Shown: positions 34,571-45,908 of the stretch, piece by piece
Layout of the letters: each line of letters opens with the position of its first letter
Numbering within the stretch: position 1 is the first letter of the stretch
Assembly: GCF_011745625.1 (NCBI RefSeq)
Contig: NW_027191485.1
Coordinates: 1-64,000 of the forward strand
Source: Cladosporium halotolerans
Lineage: Eukaryota
Reading direction: 5' to 3'
DNA: 64,000 bases
Position numbers and translations under genes: made by a program
The notes under the pieces: generated by a model
The model's input: only the letters and a program-made list of their open reading frames with translations
The model's database searches: none
Told to the model about the DNA's origin: nothing

Positions 34571-34903
34571 ATTGTCGATTGTCGGAATGGTCCTTGCTCT
34601 CCAAATGTTCGGTGGCCTCGTCGTGCTGTCGCTTTTCCCTCGTCGATTTCCAAATTCTTGCTTGGCGCGACCCGCGATGTGGGGCAGGACTGCGGGAGCA
34701 TCCGACAGTCTAATTACAGCGTCGTCTCGAGTTGACCTAAGTGCCACTCCCTCCTTCTGCAATATTCATATAAAGCAACGAAAGTATATCTATCATCGTG
34801 GCAGCTACGCCAATCAGAACGTCGGTGGCTGGTCCTTACGTGAAAGCATCTGTGCTCTCACTCAGTCGACGCAGATGACCCCAGCCTGCCATGGCTGCTT
34901 TGA

Positions 34904-36418
34904 ATGATCGCGGGTCGAGGAATGGTGACCCGCATAGACCTGCGCGTGCATGCCGCCGCTCCCAGCTCAAGGAAAGTTGATGAGAGATTCAAAGCGCAGG
35001 CCAACGCATACGGCGGCTTCATCCCAAAGACGAAACATGTGATACGTTCCATTGATGGCTCCATCTCAGCAAATGATGGAGTGTTGCCATCATTATGTGC
35101 GGAAGAGCCTGTGAGCTCAACAGACTTGGATACGCGAAAATTGCTGGATAGAGTTCCAGATGATGCGACAGGCATGCACTACGACTCGACAACTTTCTTA
35201 GAGGAAACTCAACTTGGATACATTGCGCTGGAAAGCCAATTGTTTGCGCCATCGCGCCGTACTCCTCCGACTCCTTTCAAGCGCCCTGAACACGCCCCTC
35301 AGCAAGGTACAAGGCGATCTGAAGAGCCTAAAAGCGATGATCGCCAGAGCACTTCAGCTAGAGACGATGGAAGCGATTCGTCTCACCACGTCCCTAGTCA
35401 ATCCTCGTATCTCAAATCGCCGATACTGGATAGGTCGACAAAAAAACCACGACTAAGCGAGGACAACCGACGGCTTTTCTTGACGAACAGAAAATCTTCA
35501 CCATTATATGTACCACTTCGAGAGGATGGCGGATTGGCCGTTGGATTCGTGGGCGACGCAACAGCCACCGAGAGGGGGACTGCGCAGGGCGAGCCGATCG
35601 GTCTCGCAAATGAAAGCCACTCCCTTTCCAACAACGATGTCACATCGGAGTTGCCCAGTACCTACTCCCTGAGCGAGATCACATCGGGCAGCTCAAGGAA
35701 CAAGCAGCAAAGCGTCCAGCGGTCCGTCAGCGACCCGGGCCCATCTCCGCTCAAGCAATCGAGTTCTGCGTCAGGGCCGCGGGAGACCCACACTCAACTG
35801 CCCGATCAACCCGTGGCAGTCGAAGCCTTCCACAAGGAGCGCGATCCGACTCTAGCACAAGAGCCCAGCCAATCTGCAGCCGACGCTGACGCCCATGCCA
35901 AAAAGCTCGCCCCTCCAGATAATACAGACCGAGAAGCCCCGGCCCTCGACCAAGAGACAGCTGCGCTCTCCGCCCTTCCAACCTCCATCCGCCCTCCCCC
36001 GCCCGAACCCTCCCTCAAGCCCTTCGAGACCCACATCACAGACTCCCTCGAATACCTCAGCGAAAACCCCAACCTCCGCCAAAGCTACAAACCCGTCTCC
36101 GTCGCCCGCGAGCTGCGACAATCGGAGCGCGGCTGCTGGACGTTCGACATCGCGTCCTGGCCTATGCAATTACGGGTTGAGTTCTTTGCGTATCTGGCGA
36201 AGATCATTGAGCCGGGGAGAGCGGGGTGGGGCGTGTGGTGCGAGCGGGAAGTTGGCGGGCTGGTTGTGAGGGTGTTTTGTTGGGGGGAGGTGGTGAGGCA
36301 TGTTTATTTGCTGCTGTATGTGGCTAGCAAGAGTAAGGTGCGGAAGCTGGGGTTGAGGTGGGTCGATGCGGATGGGGAGGTTGTTGTGCAAATGAGACGT
36401 GTGGATGAGAGTAAGTAG
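34904..36418 (+). CDS. Hypothetical fungal protein (~500 aa)
   Basis: Long ORF. Ordered N-terminus (RVHAAAPSSRKVDERFKAQANAY) and C-terminus (RELRQSERGCW...AGWGVWCER...VFCWGEVVRHVYLLLYVAS) flank a disordered middle. Start may be 34922. Confidence 0.75.
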   Translation: MIAGRGMVTRIDLRVHAAAPSSRKVDERFKAQANAYGGFIPKTKHVIRSIDGSISANDGVLPSLCAEEPVSSTDLDTRKLLDRVPDDATGMHYDSTTFLEETQLGYIALESQLFAPSRRTPPTPFKRPEHAPQQGTRRSEEPKSDDRQSTSARDDGSDSSHHVPSQSSYLKSPILDRSTKKPRLSEDNRRLFLTNRKSSPLYVPLREDGGLAVGFVGDATATERGTAQGEPIGLANESHSLSNNDVTSELPSTYSLSEITSGSSRNKQQSVQRSVSDPGPSPLKQSSSASGPRETHTQLPDQPVAVEAFHKERDPTLAQEPSQSAADADAHAKKLAPPDNTDREAPALDQETAALSALPTSIRPPPPEPSLKPFETHITDSLEYLSENPNLRQSYKPVSVARELRQSERGCWTFDIASWPMQLRVEFFAYLAKIIEPGRAGWGVWCEREVGGLVVRVFCWGEVVRHVYLLLYVASKSKVRKLGLRWVDADGEVVVQMRRVDESK

Positions 36419-36607
36419 ACGTTACGAATTGAGTGGAGTTTTGTGGTCATTGACGCAGCTATGGAGCAGTTCGTTCTAGACTCCAATGCATTGATGCGCA
36501 TTGGGTGCTTTCTCATTCCTTCTCAGTTTCCAGGGGTATCACGGCTAGACCTTTTCCAAGCCACCCATCATCGAATTAGCAGCAATCAGAATCAGCCTCT
36601 CTTTCCC

Positions 36608-38099
36608 TCAGCAGACATGAACCTCGGGAAACTGCGCAGCCAAGTTTTCAGGTAAGTCAGCTCCACCATGAGCTTCAACGAGATTTGAGCGGTTCTTCCG
36701 GTAATAGTCATGTGCAGCCTCGATCTTCGCGTGCTTCGCGGCAGGGTGTGAGTTCTTGCAAACGTCGCTCTTGCAAGCGCCACATGTCTTCTGGGCCATC
36801 TTCGTGGTCTGCAACAGCACCTGATAGGCCTTCTTGGTCTTGGCGGTCATCGATTCCATGTCTTTGCGGGGTGAAGAGTAAGAGGATGCGGGTTCGTGGA
36901 GAGTTGTGTGCCTCATGACTGGCGGAGTCTGCATAGGGGCAGGCTTGGTGGGCTTCTATCAAGTGTCAGTGGATGAAATTTGCAAAAGTGTTCAGGCATC
37001 CACTTACCGGTGGCGGCTTGGTGTCCATGGATCCTAGGTACGGGAACCTGGCCTCATCTTCGTCGTTGAGCAGCCCCAAGGGCATCATGTTCGCTAGGGC
37101 CTTGCGCTGTTGCTTGTAGAACTTGGCCTTCTCACCGAACTCGACGGACCGGGCAATGGAAAAAGCGTTGTTTAGCCTCTGCCTGGCTAATTCTCTCTCG
37201 TCGAAAGCGTCGGCTAGCGCTCTGCGGGCAATGTCTCTTGGGTACTCAAACTTGCGTGTCATAGCTGCGGTGGCACTGATGGCTTGCTGGATTCCGAACT
37301 CTGGCATTTCCTGGGTAGTCTTCGCTACACGGGTGTCTCCCTGCTGGTGTCCTGCTACACGGAGGGTCCATTCGGCTGCGGGTGATCTATTGTCACCGCC
37401 GGTTGCTGCGCTCTTTGGCTTCTCCTCAGCGCTGGCCTTTTTGCCTACCGTGGACACGTTCAAGCCAGAGGTTCCGGGTGCGCTATCGCCTTGGGGAGCC
37501 GCGTTTTCGATGAGCTTCACTAGTCTCGCGGCCGGACGCTTCGCAATCATTACACGGCTACCTTTGCCGCTCTGCTGTCCAACCCGCGCTGCCTGTGGCC
37601 CATTGTCTGTGTGCTCTTTGCCCAGAGCCACAGCCTTGTCACTCTCACCAACGTTTGACTTACCATCGTTGTTGGTGCTCCGCTCGGCGCTGAGCTTGGA
37701 GGGCGCTGCGATTGCCGACAGCCTCTTGACCGGCGTTGTGGTCGTCGGGGCAGTCGCTTTGTCTGGTGAGCGGGAATAGGTACGGACGTGGGAAGGGGTA
37801 TAATTACCGTCGGTCTGCGTGCCTCTGGACACGCGTGCGGGCGCCGGCGTCTCGGTGGCCCGGTCGTAGGCGCGGGCGACGATGCGTGCTGATATGAGCA
37901 CGAGGAAGACTTGGGCGTCGAGGAGGGCGAACCATCCAAGGAGGAGGCCTTGGATGGCGACGCAGCCGGCGATGGCGAGGACGCCGAGGAGAAGAGCTTT
38001 GGCCCAAAAAAGGGCGGCGGAGAGGGTCTGATATGCGTTAGCTTGTTTCTGACGATGAGGAGATGGGATTCTTACCGGCGGGGGCGGAAGCGGCGCCAT
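36608..38099 (-). CDS. Orphan membrane protein with C-terminal C-x2-C-x4-C-x3-H motif; introns 36956-37007 and probably 38028-38075
   Basis: GTAAGT donor at 37007 and TAG acceptor at 36956 join ORF 36966-38099 to ORF 36608-36934 in frame. Hydrophobic N-terminal segments; KTCGACKSDVCKNSH near the end. Confidence 0.65.
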
Positions 38100-38379
38100 G
38101 ATTCCGATAGTAGAAGAGAGAGGGAAGGGAGAGAGAGAGGAGGTTCGAAGAGTTTTTGTTGCTGCTCGGGCGGGTCGCGTGTTGCCTGGATACAGATTGG
38201 GAAGGAGCGAGGCTTGAGGAAGGCGCGACTCGTCTCCAATATTGACATGTGCCAGAGCCGAGATGCTCCAAAACCCAGCACTACGTGCTACTACCAGACG
38301 CCTTGTTTCTGTCTGAAAAACACTCTGTCACGGAGAGTGGTCGCTGCTAATTACTCTGGTCGCGATCTCCTCCATAGAA

Positions 38380-38900
38380 TGCGTCTTCATGCTGATACCA
38401 TCGGGGGCGAGCTCGAAATTCAAGGTGTCTGTCGGTGAGAAACATAGTACAAACTGCCCTCAAAGCACTTTCACATGCTCATTAGAGACATGAGAAGTGG
38501 AGGATTCCCCAATCCATGGAGTTACTGCCACCATGCACAGATCCAGAATCAGGGGTGTCCGCCGGTGAGAGAGGCTTTACGAACAAGCTTCGAAGTGTTA
38601 CCACACGCTTCTTAGAATCCTAGGAAGTCGGGTTCTTCCTCGTCCATGGAGGTCCTACCATCAGGCATAGATCCAGAAATGGGAGTGCGAATATTGGGAG
38701 AGGCAGTAAAGACTTTTTCCGAAGCAGCGGAATATCTGGAAGTCTCCACACCCTGATGCTACTGCCATCAGGCATCAAATTAGAAAATACGTATTAACCA
38801 TTGAGGAAGGAGACCTCTCGACCTCATCACATGCTTGTAGAGCGCCGAACTTCCAGCTTTTCTAATCCAAGGTGCTGTTGCCATCAGCCATTGACTCAGG
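38380..38900. repeat. Degenerate tandem repeat array, about 5 units of ~107-130 bp
   Basis: CCATGGAG..CT.CCA.CA.GCA.AGATCCAGAA at 38514 and 38644; ACTGCCATCAGGCAT at 38761; GTTGCCATCAGCCAT at 38877; GGTGTC.G.CGGTGAGA at 38424 and 38554; CACA.GCT..TAGA at 38472, 38602 and 38828. Confidence 0.6.
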
Positions 38901-39099
38901 CACTGGGATTCTCACGCTGGAGAGAGACGAATCAAAGAGCTTCTGTGATCAACTCTCGATAGGGTCACTACCTCCGTGGAGATACTCAAGGTCCTCCCGC
39001 TCCGTGACGTTGCTGGCAAGCCTGCGCTTCAGCACGGCGCGCTCTTGAAGGCTTTGGGCTAAGGCCCTTCACTAACACGCAGGTGCGATGACTGCATCG

Positions 39100-39320
39100 A
39101 TGAGACGAAGGCCGGCAACGATTCGTTCAATGGTAATACCTAGGAATCGACTGCCTTCGTCGAGATCTTCCATTTCGACTTGCTGTGCGAATTGGCTTTT
39201 GATCGTTCTGATCCGTTGAAGGTCAGCTCCAACGCTGAGGAGGTCGTCGACGTAGACGAGCATACATGTCGCTCTCAGGCGCAAGCTGCACGTGACCAAA
39301 CTGCGACTGAACAAGACGCT
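39100..39320 (-). mobile_element. Ty1/copia reverse-transcriptase relic (fragment)
   Basis: LVYVDDLLSVG...IKSQFAQQVEMEDLDEGSRFLGITIER matches the copia RT YVDD...F.M.DLG....FLG+.I.R block; frameshifted LVQSQF upstream. No LTR, integrase or RNase H seen. Confidence 0.75.
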
Positions 39321-39808
39321 CACCGCCAGCCCATCTCTCAGGAGCGAGCTGGCATTGATGGTATTACCTATACCGCCGTTTTCATGTCTGCAGATCGGGT
39401 GCCCGAAGCAACCACTGTAGTTCTGCCCCAGCCGTGATGGGGCCGCCTTCGCAGCGCCATCACACACAGTTCAGTCCTAGTCACATAGCACGGATCTTGG
39501 GTATGGGAAGATGGTTCGTAGTTTTAATCATGTTTTTGCGTATTCTGATTATTATCTAGCCGTCTCTCCATCTCTTTCTCCAATTATCCATGTAAAAATC
39601 CTCCCCATCATCCGTCCTCAAGACAGCAAGGTAGGGTGGGTAGGTAGGTGGGTAGTAGTAAGGGTATCGTGAAAAAGGGAAAAGCCATCCGATACGATGG
39701 GCTTTGTTCCCAAATAACAAGGTGAAAAAAAAATCCGCTCAAAATGCCACGCCAAAGAATCATAAGGTATGTAACAAATGCACGCCCAGCCCGGTCCCAT
39801 TCTCATGC

Positions 39809-40598
39809 TTAAAGAGCGATGGCGCCGAGAGCGACGAGACCGAACAGGCCGCCGAAAGTCGTCATGCGCGAGGCAGAGCCCTCGGACGGCGCGGAAGTGG
39901 CCTGGATGTCGGCGTCGGTGGCGGAGGCCGTGGAAGAGGTGGTCATGGAGCCGCTCATGCTGCTGCTGGACTCCGTGGCGGACGCGGTGGACTCGGTCAT
40001 CATGGAGGAGTCGGTCATGGAGGCGTCGGTCATGGTGCTCATGGCGGAGTCGGTGGACTCGGTCATCATCGAGGAGTCGGTCATGGAGGCGTCTGTCATG
40101 GTGCTCATGGCGCTGTCGGTGGCGGTCATGGACATGGAGGAGCCAGTGCTGGCGCTGCTGGGGGCGGCGTTGTTGTCGCTCTCGACGACGAAGGGAGGGG
40201 TGTAGTTTGTGTTGTCCTCGTTGGAGTCGTCGACGATCTCGAGCGCGTAGTTGGAGCCGCGGACGATGTCGTCGGGGACTTGCCAGGTGAAGGAGCCGGA
40301 GTTGTCGATGTTGGCTGGAGAGGGAATTAGTTGTTGGGTGTCATGTTGGTTACAAGAGGGTTGTAGACGTACAGGCAATGGGCTCGCCCTTGTTCAGGTC
40401 GTTGCTGGCGCCGCTCCTGAGGTAGATGGTGACGGTGCCCTCGGTGGTGGGCTGCCAGGTAAGGTCGACGGTGTCGCCGGCCTCAGTGTTCAGGCCCTCG
40501 GGAGGGATGTTGAAAGGGTTGGAGCCATTGGAGTCGGAGGTGCCCTGGGCGGCAGCGACGGCGACGACGGCCAGGATGGTGGAGGCGGAGAAACGCAT
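39809..40598 (-). CDS. GPI-anchored Ser/Thr-rich cell-surface protein (Kre9/Knh1-like N-terminal domain); intron 40315-40372
   Basis: Signal peptide; AGDTVDLTWQPTTEGTVTIYLRSG...NSGSFTWQVP...NYALEI...NYTPPFVV; S/T/M-rich stalk; C-terminal hydrophobic GPI signal. Confidence 0.9.
39986..40122 (-). repeat. Coding tandem repeat, 2 x 66 bp (TDSAMSTMTDASMTDSSMMTES)
   Basis: Near-identical units starting at 39993 and 40059. Confidence 0.9.
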
Positions 40599-41810
40599 GG
40601 TGTCAGGTTGTGTATGGGTTGGACGAGGTGAGGTTGGAGCGAATGTATATGTCGAAAACCCAAAAGGCGAGAAGTGAGACCCTGCGAATGCCCGGACGAG
40701 AGACGAAAGTGTAAGAATGCTAGATGAGAAAGCGACAGCAGCGACGGGCAGGGGAAACGAAACGGGTATTAAAGCAATCTCCCAAGCGCAACACCACCCG
40801 CTCGGCGGTAGAAGGGGCAGGTGTCTGGATCTGCCCGCGGAGGCGAAGGATGCTCCGGTCGACAGCGCTACGCCATATAGCTCCTAGCGAATGGTCACCG
40901 GTAAGCAATAGACGAGATGAGCCAACCTCTTACTGGCTCGGTATGGTGGCGGAGGGTTCTGGAAGTCTAATTTAGTCACTCGCTAGGCGCAAAAGCGCAA
41001 GGAGGCTAGGAGACATTGCTTCTTTCGCCTCGCCCGCGCCGGCCGGATTGGCCGAAAGCCGACCCGCCTGTATTTCAGAGGGCTCGCATGCGATACAAAA
41101 TGGTTATGGTTGCGAGACACAGCTACCGTTGATCGGCGGTACACATGGTTGGGTGTCTGTGATGAAGAAGGGCGTGCGTGGAGTGCGTGCGCCGGAACGT
41201 CGCGCCCGAGATGACCTCGGGAGAATCGGAGACTTCATGGCGGCTGCAGGAACCCTTCGCCCAAGTGGGCCCGCTCTCCAGCTTCTCCATGATCGCCGCT
41301 CTCAGGCGGCTCGCTGGCCAGGGACGGTTCACAAGGAGAGACTGTCTTATTTTCCCGGGCCGCAGGGTCAGTCGGCACGGCCGAAACGAAGGAATGCTTG
41401 GATTGCTGATCTCATGGGTGGAATGACGTCTGATCGCAATATTGCCGAGGGTCAATCTTTGGTGCTTTTTCCCGCGATCAAGATATCCCGCCAAGCACCT
41501 GTCTGTGCCTCAGCTGAGTGTCAATAGAGTTCAGAGAAAAAGCATCACCTAGCCGACCCATGTTGTGGTTGCTGAGACATCGGTGGCGGCCGTTTCTTGG
41601 CAGAGTCAAACAATTCGAGACAGCGATAGGTTGGTGTTATCAGACATTGAATAGCATTGCAGTACCGTGAACCTCGGTGATAAGACATTACGGACGAAAC
41701 CCCGTGCGCTTTTGCGCGCACATAACCCATCGTCAATCAATAAAACATCGAAACGAAAATGTGCCCATGCCCCGAATTGACCTTTGGCAAAGACGAGATG
41801 CTGTTCGCGC

Positions 41811-42608
41811 TTACTGCATGAAGATACCGGCAGCGATGGCGCCGAAGAGAGCGAGTGAGGAGCCGATCTGCATGCTGGAAGCAGCGCCGGTGGGCTCGGA
41901 GCCAGCAGAGCTCGTGCCGGTGCCCTGGAAGCCGGCGTCGTCGGTGGAGCTGGCAGTGGCGCGGCTGTTGGAAGAGGTGGTCGAGGCGGTCAGGGTGGCA
42001 GAGCTCATGGTGGTGTTGCGAGAGATGGGGCTGCCAGTGCCGGACGCGCTAGCGCCAGTGCCCATGGGAGTCATCATAGCGGAGGTAGTGCTGCTGGATG
42101 GATGTTAGCGATTGCTGCAAGCGACAGACACGAGTGATGTGCTTACTTGGCGCTGACAATGGGGCTGCCAGAGGCGGACGCGCTGGCGCTGGAGCGCGCG
42201 CTAGAGGTGGTGGTCTGGCCCTGAACGGTGAACGGGCCATAGTAGTTGATCTCGTTGCCCTGCTTGATCTGGAGCGCGTAGTCGTTGCCGTTGGGCAGGG
42301 AGTTCGGAGGAGTCCAGATGAACTGGCCGCCGGTGGCCTCGGTGGTCAGGGTCTCGACATCCTGGAGGTCGGTCCTGAGACCCTGGCGCAGGATGATGGT
42401 CACGGGCTGTGAGGCGCGTTAGCGATTGTATCCAACATCATGCCGCTGTCGTGATCACGCTTACAGTGGTGGTGTCATTGGTAGCGTAAGTGATGGCCTG
42501 GGGTTGTCCGTCGGTGATCGGGTTCGGCACGTTGGTGAAGGTCAGAACAGTGGACTGGGCAGTCGCGAGAGCGGCGATGGCGCCGAGGAGCAGAGCCTTG
42601 GAGAACAT
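41811..42608 (-). CDS. Second GPI-anchored Ser/Thr-rich protein (same family); introns ~42091/42094-42146 and 42407-42464
   Basis: MFSKALLLGAIAALATAQ signal; PVTIILRQG...GGQFIWTPP...DYALQIKQG..INYYGPFTV; S/T stalk; GAASSMQIGSSLALFGAIAAGIFMQ GPI signal. Confidence 0.9.
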
Positions 42609-44179
42609 GTTGACGGTGGTTGTGGAGGTCGGAGAATGTCGAGGTCGCGACGGGATTAGCAATGAAGGACGCGTGAACGAGCGGCGCACGTCGATGACGT
42701 TGGAAGCAGTAGCAAGAATGGGGCTTTGTTGTGAGCGATAGGCGAAGACGGAGCAGAGCGAGGCGACAGGAATGCGCGGCCCTAAAGAGGCCTTGTTCAC
42801 CCCTGTCGCCCTCCAGGCCCCAACGGCGGCGCCAGACCGTCCTTGGGGTTTGCGGGGATTTCACTTACCAAACCGGCGCATCTCATTTCGGCCTGCACGG
42901 TGGCGGTCTGGCCAATCAGCCTGTGCGCGATCGCGGTGTTCAGCCGCGTGGCCTGCGGTGCGCGCGCATTGCAGGCGGCGTGTCTCGTGATCGCATGACA
43001 GGCGAGGCGACAGGCCGGGGGCGGCAATGACACGCCTGCAATTGGCAGCACCTCAGGCTTCTGAGCTACTCTAGGGGTAAAGTCAGAGCAGAGATGCACC
43101 TCCCAAGGTTCACGGCGACGAGGGGACACGGCTCGCGTGTAAGCAGGGGTCTTCTGCACGCAGAGAGCATGCCGTTTGCGTTGTTGAGCCTGCCACGCCT
43201 GCCACGCCTGCTTACCAGCGAGCTGGCGCGACCTGGGGTCTGTCCGTTCCAGAACTCTGTAACGCCACGCTAGCAAAGTCTGACTGTGCGCGCACCAGCC
43301 CCTGCGCCGCCCCCCAAATTGCACCGCTCTCGCCATCGTCGTTCTCGCTGCGAATAGCCGTGTGCTGTGGTCGATCGACTTGTTCTTATTGCGCAATATG
43401 ACTAAGTTGGAGACCGTGGTATCACAGTAATAAGAGATGATGCCTGCTCAGACATGGGAGCCAGAGTCGTGGGTCATGCGATTTGGGTCTAATACCCTAT
43501 ATGTCTGACGTTACCACAACAATTTCGTGGACAACCGCATTCGAGAGTCAGCACAATCTGGATTGAGACTCGTCATGGTGTTCCCGTTTGCCAATGGCTG
43601 TTGAAAAGCGAAAACGTGACTTTCGCATGAGATCAGTTTATATCGCGTGACCACACCATTCATCCACATATCCAGTATTTTCGATCGCTCGTTGCTATCC
43701 AAGGACAACCTCAGCGAGCACAAGCGCTCAATGGAAGTCATTCGAGTTGGTTGGGTCGAAATGTTTGGTGGCAATCTCCGCGTCCAATGCTGCTGGGTGT
43801 GACAAGCCATTGCCACCAACTTACGATGTTCTGTCTCCAGCGATTAAACAAAATTACTCAAGAATACAACAGCCTTCGACTTTCAACCGTGTTGAGCTTC
43901 ACAGACAAACACTTGCACGGCCAGAGTCGCGACTCCAAAAGTTAGAAACCCGCAACATCGTCACTCGGACGCATGGGGTCTGGGGAAAAACGTTTAAGCG
44001 GCGAGTCTCCACGTCGAACCTTTGCCGACATAGATCCCGAGAGCTTGACGACAGATGCTCCGAATCATGTGGCTGCTGTAGAAAGCCATCGGTAGCACTC
44101 CTTTGCCCTCACTATACATACCGCCTTCTGATACCAGGTCTTTACCCAGTAAGTCAAGTGCAATCCTCTCCCCGCAGCT

Positions 44180-45658
44180 ATGAACGGCCCCGGATATCTC
44201 GCCGTCGCCATCCAACCCGGCCCCGACACGGGCGATGCTGCTTTCCACGACTGGTACAACAACGAGCATGGCCCGCTCCGCATGCGTCTGCCCTTCATCA
44301 CCACCGGCGACCGCTACAAGGCGATTGACGGGGAGATCCCCGCCTGGAGCGCCGTCTACGATGTCACGGACCTGTCCATGCTGGAGAAGCGCATCTACAC
44401 ACGACTGCGCGAGGAGCGCTCGGCGAGAGAAAAGCGCGTGATGGGCTCGTTCGACACAGTCGACCGGAAGATTTACTCACTGTTCTCCGAGCGTGCGAAA
44501 CCGGGCTACTCCGGACCCGCCCCCGTCCAAGCCGCGGTCTCCATGGTCGTCAAGGAATCCGACCTCGCCGAATTCGACAAGTGGTACGAAGAAGAGCACG
44601 TCGGCATGCTGGCCAAAATCCCCGGCTGGCTGCGCACCCGCCGCTTCAGGATGGTCGTCGGCGGCGTCGCCGGCATGCCGCCCCAAGGCCAGGTCTGCTG
44701 CCTCGCGGTCCACGACTTCGAGGCCACCAACGGCCTGCACGGCCCCGAGCACCAAGCCGCGACCAACACGCCCTGGCGCCTCGCAACCATGGAGAAAGTC
44801 GTCGCCCGCGAACGCCGCGAATGGGCGCACCACCTCACCTTCACCGCGCTCAAAGAACCCCCCTCCTCCGTCATCACAACCGACGGCGCCGAGCTCCGCT
44901 TCCAGCTCGAAGGCAACCCCGCCGACCCCGTCGTCGTCTGCGTCAACAGCATCCTGACCAACTTCGCCATCTGGGACGACGTGGCCGCCGCCCTGCGCAG
45001 CGGCGCTGCCTCCCCCACCGGCCAGACTTTCCGCACCCTCCGCTACAACTCCCGCGGCTACGCCCAGCAGGACCAGAACAGCAACCCGACGCGCTTCGAC
45101 CTGCTCGCCGACGACCTCGAGTACCTGCTCGACCGCGTCGGCGTGCCGCGCGCCCACGCCGTCCTCGGCGTCAGCATGGGCGGCGTCACGGCCATCAACT
45201 TCGCCATCCGCCACCCGGCCAAGCTGGCCAAATTCGTCGCCTGCGACTGCAACGTCGCCGCCGGCGCGGCGAACAACCAGGCCTGGGCGGACCGCATCGA
45301 CCTCGCGAAGAGCGAGGGCATGCCCGCGCTGGCGAAGGTGACGGTCGAGCGGTGGTTCACGCCGGCGAACCACGGCAGCGAGAACTTCGAGAAGACGCTC
45401 GCCATGGTCGAGGCGGCGAGCATCGATGGCTTCGAGCAGAACGCGGGCGCGCTGTGCAACTACGACCTGAAGGATAAGTTGGCGGGCATTGAGACGCCTG
45501 GGCTGCTGATTGCGGGCGAGGGCGACGGGAAGCTGCCGGAGGTCATGCAGGGGTTCGGGATCCCGGGGACGAGGTTTGTGAAGATTGGGGGCGCGGGGCA
45601 TTTGCCGATGTTGGAGAATCACGAGGCGTTCGTGGATGCGTTGAAGGGGTTTTTGTAG
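44180..45658 (+). CDS. Two EthD-like dimeric alpha/beta-barrel repeats fused to a 3-oxoadipate enol-lactonase (PcaD)-like alpha/beta hydrolase
   Basis: FHDWYNNEHGPLR and FDKWYEEEHVGML (EthD-like); hydrolase NSILT, YNSRG, GVSMGG nucleophile, GEGD, AGHLPMLE. Confidence 0.85.
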   Translation: MNGPGYLAVAIQPGPDTGDAAFHDWYNNEHGPLRMRLPFITTGDRYKAIDGEIPAWSAVYDVTDLSMLEKRIYTRLREERSAREKRVMGSFDTVDRKIYSLFSERAKPGYSGPAPVQAAVSMVVKESDLAEFDKWYEEEHVGMLAKIPGWLRTRRFRMVVGGVAGMPPQGQVCCLAVHDFEATNGLHGPEHQAATNTPWRLATMEKVVARERREWAHHLTFTALKEPPSSVITTDGAELRFQLEGNPADPVVVCVNSILTNFAIWDDVAAALRSGAASPTGQTFRTLRYNSRGYAQQDQNSNPTRFDLLADDLEYLLDRVGVPRAHAVLGVSMGGVTAINFAIRHPAKLAKFVACDCNVAAGAANNQAWADRIDLAKSEGMPALAKVTVERWFTPANHGSENFEKTLAMVEAASIDGFEQNAGALCNYDLKDKLAGIETPGLLIAGEGDGKLPEVMQGFGIPGTRFVKIGGAGHLPMLENHEAFVDALKGFL

Positions 45659-45908
45659 GTGGTGATGCTGCGGAGGAATTGTACGTAGAGGTTTGAAGAT
45701 GGATGATCATGAGAGTATATGAGGTTTATGGGAAACATGAGCTGGATGTATAGAAATGACGAGCGTTGATCCGATTTCCAGGTATTCTGAGAACATGCGT
45801 GACAGAAGGTGTTTCGATACGTCTGAGTAGGAGATTCATTCATCATACGTTCGCATTACGTCCACCCCCCCAAGACACCACCGCGGGGTCCAAGAAACAC
45901 GTTCCTTT

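Noticed and set aside
38380..38900. CRISPR interpretation of the repeat array
   Set aside because: Eukaryotic context, highly diverged repeats, similarity extends through the would-be spacers, and no cas genes.
42091..42096. NAGNAG acceptor in the second GPI gene
   Set aside because: Would change only one Ser in a low-complexity stalk; common and of little consequence.
44477..45622. Long antisense and alternative-frame ORFs (also 17692-18543, 20174-21001, 33068-34438, 11267-12313)
   Set aside because: Shadows of GC-rich, codon-biased real genes; low-complexity R/P/G/A translations with no motifs.
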